64,000 nt of DNA from Kiritimatiellia bacterium (GCA_017447805.1 JAFSMR010000006.1:50314-114313), one strand, 5' to 3'. Shown: positions 8,283-16,084, numbered from the stretch's first letter. The notes: generated from the letters alone by a model not told the origin. Translations and numbers: made by a program.

Positions 8283-10198
8283 CGAAGAAATTTTCAGCTT
8301 TTGTTTTTGCCGTCTTCGGCGCATGCCTCGTTGCCTTAGGCGCAGTCGACGCTGCAAAACTAGAAAATGCCAAGGAGCAGCTGAAGAAGCTAAAAGAAAA
8401 TAAAGCTGAAATTACCTTCGATTCTTATGGCGTGCTCAAGATTCCGCAATTCGATTCTTCCGGCACGAATAAACTCGATGCGCTCGAGTGGCGCATCAAG
8501 CCGATGCCGGCGAGTGAAAAAGATTCTGCTTTTACGCCACTCGCCGGCATACCTGCGCTTGGCGCTACATGGAATACGAAACTTGCCGATTTGTATGGGC
8601 ATGTAATTGGCGAAGAATGCCGCGCGGCCAATATCGATGCAGTCCTTGCGAAGTGGCTTAACTTTTATACCTACGACCCAAACGGCGGCGTGGCGCAATC
8701 TTTTGGCGAGGACCCGACTTTGACGATTAAGCTTTCGGTCAGTCTGATCAAAGCAATCCAAAATCACGATGTCGCGGCTTTTATCGGGAGCTTTTGCTTG
8801 GAAGAAGGAAGAAACAATATCGATTCGAGAACTCTTCACGAGATATATCTGCCTGTATTCCGCTCGGCGGTGAAGGATGCCGGGGCGCTCGGGCTCGTTG
8901 CTTCAAAAGAACCTTATGATGAAATTCCCTGCTGCGATAACCAATATCTCGTCAGAGGAATCATGCGCGGCAATTGGGGTTTTTCGGGCCCGATCGCCAT
9001 GGATTTTTTCGATGAGCGCTCGTATATGAGCGAAGTCGATATGGTGCTCGATAAAGATAAAGAAAAATGTTCGATTTCCGGCGATCTTGGTGCGCTTAGG
9101 TTATTCTATATCATGGCCAAGACCAAAGCCCTCGGCGAAGGAGAGCGTGAAAAGGGCGCCGGCACGAATGAATGGCACTCTTCAATCGCGCGCAAGGTGG
9201 CGGAAGAATCGATCGTGCTCCTTAAAAACGATAAATCGCTTTTGCCGATTGACGCCGCTAAAATAAAGAAGATAGCGATTCTTGAATGCACTAGCGAGAA
9301 TGAAGAGGAATTAAAATTATCCAAGGGCATCAAGGAATACTTCCTAGGGAGCGGAAAAGTCGAAATCATAGAAAATTTCAAATTGGATCAGCAAGGCTCG
9401 ACGGCGGAAATATTGCTCGCCAACCCCGATATCGTGTTTTTGTTTTTGCCGGGAAGCGATAAATATTCAAAAGATTCCGGCGCTATTTCCGGCAATATTT
9501 CCTTATTGCTCGAATCCCATCCGGAACATGTAGTAGCAATAGAAAGCTCTTCATTCGGCTTCAAAATGCCGCGCCTTGGCGAATTTTCTACATTCATCCA
9601 TGTTCCATCGCCAAGCGAAGAATCGCCCAAGGCGCTCGCCAAAGTCGTTTCCGGCGAGATTAACCCTTCAGGACGCCTCAACTTCACTTGGCCGAAGGAA
9701 TCGTCTTTCAATATTCCAATTCCAAAGCTGAAGAAAGAGCAGTATTTCGGCTATAGGGAATTCGACAGATATTCGCGTGACCCCCTTTTCCCGTTTGGCC
9801 ATGGCCTTAGCTATACGTCATTTCGATATGAAGTGGATTTCGCAGAAGTCGTGAAGCTGCCGGGCGATGAAGGTTGGTCGGTATCATTCCCCGTAAGAAA
9901 CGTCGGCAATCGTAAAGGGATGGAGGTTGTCCAATTTTACGCCTCTTACCCGAATTCCAAAGTCGAGCGCTGCGAAAAGGAACTAAAGGGGTTCGCAAAG
10001 ACGCGAGCGCTAGAACCAAAAGAATCCGAGGCTTTGACAATCGTCATCTCGCCGCGCGATTTGGCGTATTGGGATGTATTTCTCAATAGATTTCGTCTTG
10101 ATGCGGGCGATTACGCGATATTGGTCGGCGCTTCTTCCGGCGATATTCGTGGTAAAGCAAAAATATCCGTTTCGAAAGATTATGTATTCGAGGATTGA
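8279..10198 (+). CDS. secreted glycoside hydrolase family 3-like protein (divergent active-site residues)
   Basis: 639 aa with signal peptide. GH3 core similarity (SFGEDPTL, WGFSGPIAMDF) and the C-terminal FPFGHGLSYTSF plus Fn3-like domain. The KHF motif is replaced by GSF. Confidence 0.7.
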   Translation: MTKKFSAFVFAVFGACLVALGAVDAAKLENAKEQLKKLKENKAEITFDSYGVLKIPQFDSSGTNKLDALEWRIKPMPASEKDSAFTPLAGIPALGATWNTKLADLYGHVIGEECRAANIDAVLAKWLNFYTYDPNGGVAQSFGEDPTLTIKLSVSLIKAIQNHDVAAFIGSFCLEEGRNNIDSRTLHEIYLPVFRSAVKDAGALGLVASKEPYDEIPCCDNQYLVRGIMRGNWGFSGPIAMDFFDERSYMSEVDMVLDKDKEKCSISGDLGALRLFYIMAKTKALGEGEREKGAGTNEWHSSIARKVAEESIVLLKNDKSLLPIDAAKIKKIAILECTSENEEELKLSKGIKEYFLGSGKVEIIENFKLDQQGSTAEILLANPDIVFLFLPGSDKYSKDSGAISGNISLLLESHPEHVVAIESSSFGFKMPRLGEFSTFIHVPSPSEESPKALAKVVSGEINPSGRLNFTWPKESSFNIPIPKLKKEQYFGYREFDRYSRDPLFPFGHGLSYTSFRYEVDFAEVVKLPGDEGWSVSFPVRNVGNRKGMEVVQFYASYPNSKVERCEKELKGFAKTRALEPKESEALTIVISPRDLAYWDVFLNRFRLDAGDYAILVGASSGDIRGKAKISVSKDYVFED

Positions 10199-10991
10199 GC
10201 TGTTTGGATGGCCTGAGCCGGCCGCGGCAGATTCCGGCATAGCGCGAATCGTAAGCGCGCATGGCGATTATTTTCATGTCGTTTGCAATGAGGCGGAAGG
10301 GGAGGTAATCGCGCGAAAGAAGAAAAGCGCATTCCTTTCGCCTGATGCGAAAAAGCCTATCACTGGCGATTTCGTCAAGATTCGCTATAATCCCAATGGC
10401 GAGAGTTTTATTACGGATGTCCTTGAGCGTTATTCCGTATTCGAGCGGCGCGACCCTACAGCGCGAAGAAAATCGCAGGTCCTTGCCGTCAATTTCGATA
10501 CTCTTTTCATAATGATGAGCATGAACGCCAATTTCTCGATCCCGAGGCTTGAGCGTTATCTCGCTCTCGCGGAAGATTTAGGACGCGCCGAGCCGGTCGT
10601 AATATTGACAAAAAAGGATTTGACCGATAATATTCCCGCTCTTCCGGATTTAGGCGGCGTTAGGGTAATCGCGATTTCATCCGTAACGGGCGAAGGGATC
10701 GATGAAGTAAGAAAAATCGTCCAGCCTAGAAAGACGGTCGCTTTTATCGGCTCTTCTGGAGTAGGCAAATCTACCTTGCTGAATGTCCTCGCCGGCGAAA
10801 ACTGGATGGCGACGCAAGAAATTCAAGAGTGGAGCGGCAAAGGCCGCCACACGACGACCAGTCGCGAACTTGTAATGTTGCCTTGCGGCGCAATGATTAT
10901 AGATACTCCTGGAATCAGGGAAATCGGCATCGTCGGCGAGCAAGAATTCGAGCTTGCCAAAGGCGCATCATCCCATCGCTGGCGCGGCTAG
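10182..10991 (+). CDS. rsgA: ribosome small-subunit-dependent GTPase A (RsgA/YjeQ), C-terminally short
   Basis: Circularly permuted GTPase order: G4 LTKKD, G1 GSSGVGKST, G3 DTPG. N-terminal OB region. Start set at the internal ATG 10182; the longer ORF from 10074 lies inside the GH3 gene. Only about 25 aa follow G3 and they contain no Cys cluster. Confidence 0.8.
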   Translation: MYSRIELFGWPEPAAADSGIARIVSAHGDYFHVVCNEAEGEVIARKKKSAFLSPDAKKPITGDFVKIRYNPNGESFITDVLERYSVFERRDPTARRKSQVLAVNFDTLFIMMSMNANFSIPRLERYLALAEDLGRAEPVVILTKKDLTDNIPALPDLGGVRVIAISSVTGEGIDEVRKIVQPRKTVAFIGSSGVGKSTLLNVLAGENWMATQEIQEWSGKGRHTTTSRELVMLPCGAMIIDTPGIREIGIVGEQEFELAKGASSHRWRG

Positions 10992-11422
10992 CGGCTTGTG
11001 CCTTGGATGCGGCCCATTGCATCGCGATAGATTGTTTTACCGTTGCGATCGGTTTCAGATGTCCCTTGCACTCTCCCCATAGCATCGCGATAGGTAGTTT
11101 TGCCATTGCGGTCGGTCTGAGATGTCCCTTGGAGTCGCCCCATCGAATCGCGGTAAGTCGTTTTGCCGTTGCGGTCGGTCTGTGAAGAGCCCATGTTGCG
11201 TCCCATCGAATCGCGATAGGTAGTTTTGCCGTTGCGGTCGGTCTGTGAGGAGCCCATGTTGCGTCCCATCGAATCGCGATAGGTAGTTTTGCCGTTGCGG
11301 TCGGTCTGTGAGGAGCCCATGTTGCGTCCCATCGAATCGCGGTAGGTCGTTTTACCATCGCCAAAGCAGGCGATCGCCAAAACTACCAGCGCGGCCGCGA
11401 TTATAATTTTCAAATTCTTCAT
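10988..11422 (-). CDS. putative lipoprotein made of six tandem 21-aa repeats (GKTTYRDSMGRNMGSSQTDRN)
   Basis: 144 aa. Signal peptide ending LAIAC (lipobox-compatible). The remainder is six YD-like repeats. SD AAGGAG lies upstream. Confidence 0.7.
   Translation of the reverse strand: MKNLKIIIAAALVVLAIACFGDGKTTYRDSMGRNMGSSQTDRNGKTTYRDSMGRNMGSSQTDRNGKTTYRDSMGRNMGSSQTDRNGKTTYRDSMGRLQGTSQTDRNGKTTYRDAMGRVQGTSETDRNGKTIYRDAMGRIQGTSR
10991..11353. repeat. 63-bp tandem repeat, about 5.8 units (coding, in frame)
   Basis: Unit starts at 11039, 11102, 11165, 11228 and 11291. The three units from 11165 to 11353 are nearly identical. Confidence 0.9.
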
Positions 11423-11524
11423 AAGATTTGCTCCTTTGCTTGCTCTTCATGAAGTTAGGAAGATGAAGAAGGGTTTTCTGACAAAATTATTTAATTTTCT
11501 TTGGCGTGAAGAAGAGACGAAAAA

Positions 11525-11563
11525 GGAATGCAGCTTAAGGGGAAATCCTTAAAGCTGCATTCC
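11525..11563 (-). terminator. intrinsic terminator of gdhA
   Basis: 16-bp stem GGAATGCAGCTTAAGG / CCTTAAAGCTGCATTCC with one bulge. Followed on the minus strand by TTTTT. Confidence 0.75.
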
Positions 11564-11588
11564 TTTGGCGAATTCGCCCGCGCGTTTT

Positions 11589-12971
11589 TTAGCAAACGCC
11601 CTGAGCGACCATTGCATCGGCTACTTTTACGAAGCCGGCGATATTGGCGCCCATTACATAGTTGCCTTTCTGGCCATACTTCGCGGCGGCTTCCCAGGCG
11701 TTATCGTGAATTGACTTCATGATGCCTTTGAGCTTTGCATCTACTTCTTCTCTCGTCCAGCTGAGGCGCTCGGAGTTTTGACTCATTTCAAGTCCGCTTG
11801 TCGCTACTCCGCCTGCGTTCGACGCCTTGCCGGGTGAATACATGATCTTCGCGCCGACGAATGCCGCGATTGCATCCGGCGTAGAGGGCATGTTGGCGCC
11901 TTCACCGACGAGTTTGCAGCCATGCTTGAGTAGATATTCCGCATCCTTGCCATCGAGTTCGTTTTGGCGTGCGCACGGGAAGGCCGCGTCGATCTGGTCC
12001 GCGAGCTGCCAGCTGTTTGCCTTTTCGAAGAACTTGACGGCTTTCGTCTTCTTCGCGAAATCGGCCAGTTCTCCTCGCTTGACATTCTTGAGAACCATGA
12101 TATCCTTGAGCATCTTCTCGGTGATGCCGTCCTTCGCGTAAATCGCGCCGGAGCGGTCGGATAGCGTAAGCACCTTTGCGCCGAGCTGCATTAGCTTTTC
12201 CGCCGCGTAGCTCGCTACATTACCGGAGCCGGAAATCACGCACTTCTTGCCCTCGAAGGTTTCACCCCTCATCGCGAGCATGTTTTCCGCGAAATACACA
12301 TCGCCGTAACCAGTCGCTTCCGGACGAATCAGCGAACCGCCGAACGAAAGTCCCTTGCCCGTCAAAACACCCGTCCATTCATTTGCCAGGCGCTTGTATT
12401 GGCCGAAGAGATAGCCGATTTCGCGGCCGCCTACATTCATATCGCCGGCAGGAACATCGGTATCGGGCCCGATATGACGGTATAGCTCGGTCATGAAGCT
12501 CTGGCAGAAACGCATTACTTCAGCGTCGCTGCAACGCTTGCCGGGAGTATGTGGGCTTACTTTCGGATTGAAATCGCTGCCGCCCTTGCCGCCACCCATA
12601 GGAAGCGTCGTAAGCGAGTTCTTGAATACTTGCTCGAATGCGAGGAATTTGAGAACCGAGAGGTTGACGGTCGGGTCGAAGCGAAGGCCGCCTTTATAAG
12701 GACCAATCGCGCTATTCATCTGAATTCTGTAGCCACGATTGACGCGAACAATTCCCTTATCGTCTACCCACGGCACGCGGAAGATGACGATGCGCTCAGG
12801 CTCGACCATGCGTTCGAGAATCGCATTCTTTTCGTATTGCGGATTTGTCTTGAGGACTGGATCGAGAGTCGTCAAAACTTCATCGACGGCCTGAATGAAT
12901 TCAGGTTCATTAGGATTCTTCGCCTTAACGCTGGCGAGAACAGAATCAACATATTTGCTCATGCTATGCAT
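11589..12971 (-). CDS. gdhA: NADP-specific glutamate dehydrogenase
   Basis: 460 aa. Hexameric GDH signature LPMGGGKGGSDFNPK and full-length similarity. An alternative ATG lies 9 nt downstream (12962). Confidence 0.95.
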   Translation of the reverse strand: MHSMSKYVDSVLASVKAKNPNEPEFIQAVDEVLTTLDPVLKTNPQYEKNAILERMVEPERIVIFRVPWVDDKGIVRVNRGYRIQMNSAIGPYKGGLRFDPTVNLSVLKFLAFEQVFKNSLTTLPMGGGKGGSDFNPKVSPHTPGKRCSDAEVMRFCQSFMTELYRHIGPDTDVPAGDMNVGGREIGYLFGQYKRLANEWTGVLTGKGLSFGGSLIRPEATGYGDVYFAENMLAMRGETFEGKKCVISGSGNVASYAAEKLMQLGAKVLTLSDRSGAIYAKDGITEKMLKDIMVLKNVKRGELADFAKKTKAVKFFEKANSWQLADQIDAAFPCARQNELDGKDAEYLLKHGCKLVGEGANMPSTPDAIAAFVGAKIMYSPGKASNAGGVATSGLEMSQNSERLSWTREEVDAKLKGIMKSIHDNAWEAAAKYGQKGNYVMGANIAGFVKVADAMVAQGVC

Positions 12972-12999
12972 TTCTCCTATAATAAGATTACCTTACTAA

Positions 13000-13016
13000 A
13001 GCATATTGCGTGCCAA
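13000..13016 (-). promoter_or_regulatory. candidate sigma54 (-24/-12) promoter of gdhA
   Basis: The minus strand reads TTGGCACGCAATATGCT. This matches TGGCACG-N4-TTGCW at all positions except one, with correct GG/GC spacing, about 30 nt upstream of the ATG. Confidence 0.4.
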
Positions 13017-13098
13017 AGGCAATTGCCGCCAAAAACAGGTGAAATTTTACATATTATGTAAAATCATCAAATTTCGTTTGTAAAAAATGTAAAAGCAT

Positions 13099-13340
13099 GT
13101 TCAGGGCGCGTCGCCCCGCGCGTCGCCGTTTGGGAGGGCCGCAATTTATTGCGGCCGCCGTAGTTCGAGTTTGAAGTTGTAGTCGTAGAAAGGAATTGTT
13201 TATTTTTTTTTATGATTAACCATGTAGAACATGTAGAAACAGGTAGGGCGTGCCGCGCCGCTCACCGCCGGTTGGATTTTGTTGTTAATGTTGTTTTCAT
13301 CTTATTATTAAAACAACTAAAACAACTTGGAACAACGTTT
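13099..13340. repeat. mosaic intergenic repeat block L1
   Basis: Contains modules shared with 18796-18975, 19926-20175, 20934-21180, 47426-47500 and 56849-56930. Modules: GTTCAGGGCGCG, CCGCCGTAGTTCGAG...GTAGTCGTAG, ATGATTAACCATGTAGAACATGTAGAAACAGGTAGGGCG...GCTCACCGCCGG. Confidence 0.8.
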
Positions 13341-13346
13341 TTATGA

Positions 13347-13374
13347 CCCGCGCTAACTGCGCGGGCTATTTTTC
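13347..13374 (+). terminator. orphan plus-strand intrinsic terminator
   Basis: CCCGCGC-TAACT-GCGCGGG followed by CTATTTTT. No annotated plus-strand gene upstream. Confidence 0.5.
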
Positions 13375-13412
13375 AACCGCGCGGCTAAATTATGAAAAAT
13401 TGCGAGCTCGTA

Positions 13413-13442
13413 TTGAAAATCGCCGCAAAATTTTTCTATAAT
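13413..13442 (+). promoter_or_regulatory. sigma70-type promoter TTGAAA-N18-TATAAT
   Basis: Hexamers at 13413-13418 and 13437-13442, about 250 nt upstream of the DUF1016 gene. Confidence 0.45.
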
Positions 13443-13691
13443 ACGAACATAAAATTTGAGAATGGGAAAACGAAAATGACCTGTTTTTTAACGAAGCGGC
13501 TAGTCGATATCGGCGCATAATTGCGCTAATAGCGGCATTTTCCGCCGTTTTTACGCTAAACCTGTGTCGTACTATGGAGTTGGTCTCCATAGTAACTAGG
13601 CCCCATTGTAACTCCATAGTAACCGACTTGTCGATGTTATCGACAGGAAAGGAATCAAGGCTGTGAAGGTGGTTGTCACTGGAGGTGGAAA

Positions 13692-14777
13692 GTGAAAGAA
13701 AACAAACAAGTTGTAAGCGAGATTCTTTACCGTTCTGTCCGTAAGGTAATCGAAGGGGCTCATAAGTTCGTTTCTGTCGCCGCGAATGCCGCACTGGTCA
13801 AGCAGAATTGGGAAATTGGAAGGCTTATTGTAGAGAATGAGCAGAAGGGGGCCAGAAAAGCCGCTTATGGCGCGGCGCAGATTGACGGCCTTGCAGTTCG
13901 TTTGACGCTTGAGTACGGCAATGGGTATGATGCACGCAATCTTCGTTACATGCGCTCGTTCTACCTTGCCTTCCCGATTTGGAACGCAGTGCGTTCCGAA
14001 TTGAACTGGACGCAGTACCGAATTCTTATGAGAGAGTACGATCCATTCGCACGAGAATGGTATATGAACGAGTGTGTTGCCTGCGGCTGGAGTTCGCGCG
14101 AACTCGATCGACAGGTTTCCACGCAAGCGTACTTTCGCTTGCTGGCCTCTGCCAACCCTGATCGCCGCAAGAAGCGCAAGGAATTGCCGCTCACAAAGCT
14201 TCCGGCAAAACCAAAGTCGCTGGTGCCGACAGATTTTATAAAGAATCCAATGATGCTAGAGTTCCTGTCATTGCCGGAAGATGTGAAGATACGCGAGACG
14301 AAGCTAGAGTCGGCGATTCTTTCGCATTTGAAGGAAGTGTTGATGGAGCTCGGCCGAGGGTTCTGTTTTGTGGCGCGGCAGAAGCACATGCGCTCCGGAA
14401 GCGAAGATTACTTTATCGATCTCGTATTTTATAATTGCATTTTGAAGCGGTATTTTCTTTTTGACCTCAAAATGGGTAAAATCACCCATAAAGATATAGG
14501 GCAGATGGACATGTATCGGCGGATGTTCGACGACCTTGTCTGCGAGAACGACGATAATCCGACAATCGGTATCGTGCTTTGCGACGAAACGGATCCGAAT
14601 ATTGCCAAATATTCTGTCTTGAGCGGGAATGACAAACTCTTCGCGGTCAAGTATGATAAGGTGATGCCGAGCGATGAAATTCTTCGTCATGAGATTGAAG
14701 TGCAAAAGGAAAACTATCGACTTCAAATGATGGAATCAGAACTGCCGCTAGTGGAGAGAAGAAGGACGCGGAAATGA
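13692..14777 (+). CDS. PDDEXK-fold nuclease, DUF1016/YhcG family
   Basis: 361 aa, GTG start with SD GGAGG 6 nt upstream. YhcG-like N-terminal helical domain (NWEIGRLIVE, YGNGYDARNLRYMRSFY) and C-terminal D...D-x-K core (IDLVFYN...LFDLKMGK). Confidence 0.8.
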   Translation: MKENKQVVSEILYRSVRKVIEGAHKFVSVAANAALVKQNWEIGRLIVENEQKGARKAAYGAAQIDGLAVRLTLEYGNGYDARNLRYMRSFYLAFPIWNAVRSELNWTQYRILMREYDPFAREWYMNECVACGWSSRELDRQVSTQAYFRLLASANPDRRKKRKELPLTKLPAKPKSLVPTDFIKNPMMLEFLSLPEDVKIRETKLESAILSHLKEVLMELGRGFCFVARQKHMRSGSEDYFIDLVFYNCILKRYFLFDLKMGKITHKDIGQMDMYRRMFDDLVCENDDNPTIGIVLCDETDPNIAKYSVLSGNDKLFAVKYDKVMPSDEILRHEIEVQKENYRLQMMESELPLVERRRTRK

Positions 14778-14833
14778 ATTTTGCTGAAAATAATGCATCA
14801 TAAGATTTTTTTTATAAATTTTCATGTTCCCCA

Positions 14834-14862
14834 TTGAGCTGAGAAGAAATATTTGATATAAT
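14834..14862 (+). promoter_or_regulatory. promoter TTGAGC-N17-TATAAT with TG extension
   Basis: TTGAGC at 14834-14839 and TGaTATAAT at 14854-14862. Starts a roughly 325-nt untranslated leader ahead of the ATG at 15195. Confidence 0.55.
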
Positions 14863-15067
14863 GTGAGCGTTCTTTGGGAAGGGCTACTTGTCTAACAACT
14901 GGGCATGGGCTTGTTCTGAGGGATGATATAGTCCGGGAAACGGATGGGTGGAGTCTAGTCTACTTCGTGTGAGCCGACCTACCTGTATACGCCTTGGATG
15001 CATGATTAACGCTGCTAAGCGGTCGCCAGTAGAAACTTAGGAACTTTCACGAAGACGATACATTGCA

Positions 15068-15103
15068 GGAATGTGAGTTTCACATCCTCTCTTTGTGTTT
15101 CTT
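15068..15103 (+). terminator. terminator/attenuator-like hairpin inside the leader
   Basis: GGAATGTGA-GTT-TCACATCC (8 bp, one bulge) followed by the T-rich TCTCTTTGTGTTTCTT. Confidence 0.35.
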
Positions 15104-15194
15104 CCTGGTTTCCTAAGACCTCTACTGGAGCATGGAGGGAGGTTATCTTTTCATGTGTGATTGCTAAGCGAACGAGAATGTAGAAGCAAAACAT

Positions 15195-15824
15195 ATGAAA
15201 GATTTGATAATTATAGGCGCACGAGGATGCGGAAGAGAAGTAGCAGATTGGGCTAAGAGTTGTATAGGTTATGGCTCTGAGTTTGTTATCAAAGGTTTTC
15301 TTGACGGTAAGGCTGATGCTCTTGATGGTTTTGGGGAATGGCCGCCAATTCTTGGTAATGTAGAGGGCTATAAGTTTTCTAATGATGAAGTTTTTGTAGT
15401 TGCTTTAGGAGATCCAAAGTGGAAACGACATTATGCGGAGATTGCACTCTCTAACGGTGGTTTACCATATACATTGATAGAGCAGTCGGCAAGAATTGGT
15501 GCGCACTCTAAAATAGGAAAGGGATGTTTGGTTCTCGCAAATGCGCGTATTTCTGTTAATTGTGATATTGGCGATTTTGTCTTGTTAAGCTCTTCATGTG
15601 TTATAGGGCATGATGTTAAGATTGGCGCGTTTAGTCATGTAGGCGCATTTGGCTTTATGGGAGGATTTTCCTCGTTGGGAGAAAATGTAACTATGCATCC
15701 AAGAGTATCGGTTTTGCCACACAAGAAAGTTGCCGATAATGCAACTCTTGGAGCTGGTAGTGTTTGTATTAGAAATGTAAAACCGGGAATAACAGTGTTC
15801 GGCATTCCCGCAAAAGAGATTTAA
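15195..15824 (+). CDS. NeuD/PglD/VioB-family sugar N-acyltransferase (left-handed beta-helix)
   Basis: 209 aa. N-terminal Rossmann-like IIIGARGCGREV, then hexapeptide repeats (IGKGCLV, IGDFVLL, IGAFSHV). Confidence 0.8.
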   Translation: MKDLIIIGARGCGREVADWAKSCIGYGSEFVIKGFLDGKADALDGFGEWPPILGNVEGYKFSNDEVFVVALGDPKWKRHYAEIALSNGGLPYTLIEQSARIGAHSKIGKGCLVLANARISVNCDIGDFVLLSSSCVIGHDVKIGAFSHVGAFGFMGGFSSLGENVTMHPRVSVLPHKKVADNATLGAGSVCIRNVKPGITVFGIPAKEI

Positions 15825-15846
15825 TAAACCAAATTGGAGAAATAAA

Positions 15847-16080
15847 ATGGATATAAATACATTCATTGATCAGGTCGCAGAACAATTTGATGACCTTGAA
15901 GGCGTACAAGTCAAGCCAGATTCGCATTTTCGCGATTTACCGTCATGGTGTTCAATAGTTGCTATTTCAATCATTTCAATGATTGATGAAGAATACGGTG
16001 TTCAACTAAGAGGAGATGATATACATTCATCGCAGACTATACAGGATATATTTGAAAAGGTAACTGCCAAGAAGGTCTAA
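15847..16080 (+). CDS. acyl carrier protein (polysaccharide-modification type)
   Basis: 77 aa, acidic. A W-C-S motif sits where WDS/DSL carries phosphopantetheine, followed by helix II (IVAISIISMIDEEYGV). Confidence 0.65.
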   Translation: MDINTFIDQVAEQFDDLEGVQVKPDSHFRDLPSWCSIVAISIISMIDEEYGVQLRGDDIHSSQTIQDIFEKVTAKKV

Positions 16081-16084
16081 AACA

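Noticed and set aside
10829-11364. Alternative-frame and opposite-strand ORFs across the 63-bp repeats (10829-11185 +, 10915-11364 -)
   Set aside because: These are repeat-induced open frames. Only the 10988-11422 frame has a signal peptide, an SD and a sensible start.
13211-13345. Small peptide gene family (MINHVEHVETGR...) encoded by module W in three loci
   Set aside because: The conserved 'N-terminus' coincides with a DNA word repeat (CATGTAGAA x2-3). The downstream sequences diverge completely, and there is no SD. It is kept only as a low-priority check under the orphan-terminator finding.
14863-15194. Group II intron or other large ribozyme, because the leader starts GTGAGCG and contains GAGCCG
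   Set aside because: There is no domain V-like hairpin (GAGCCGTAT...ACGGTTC type), no IEP/RT ORF, and no 3' AY boundary. At about 330 nt the region is too short.
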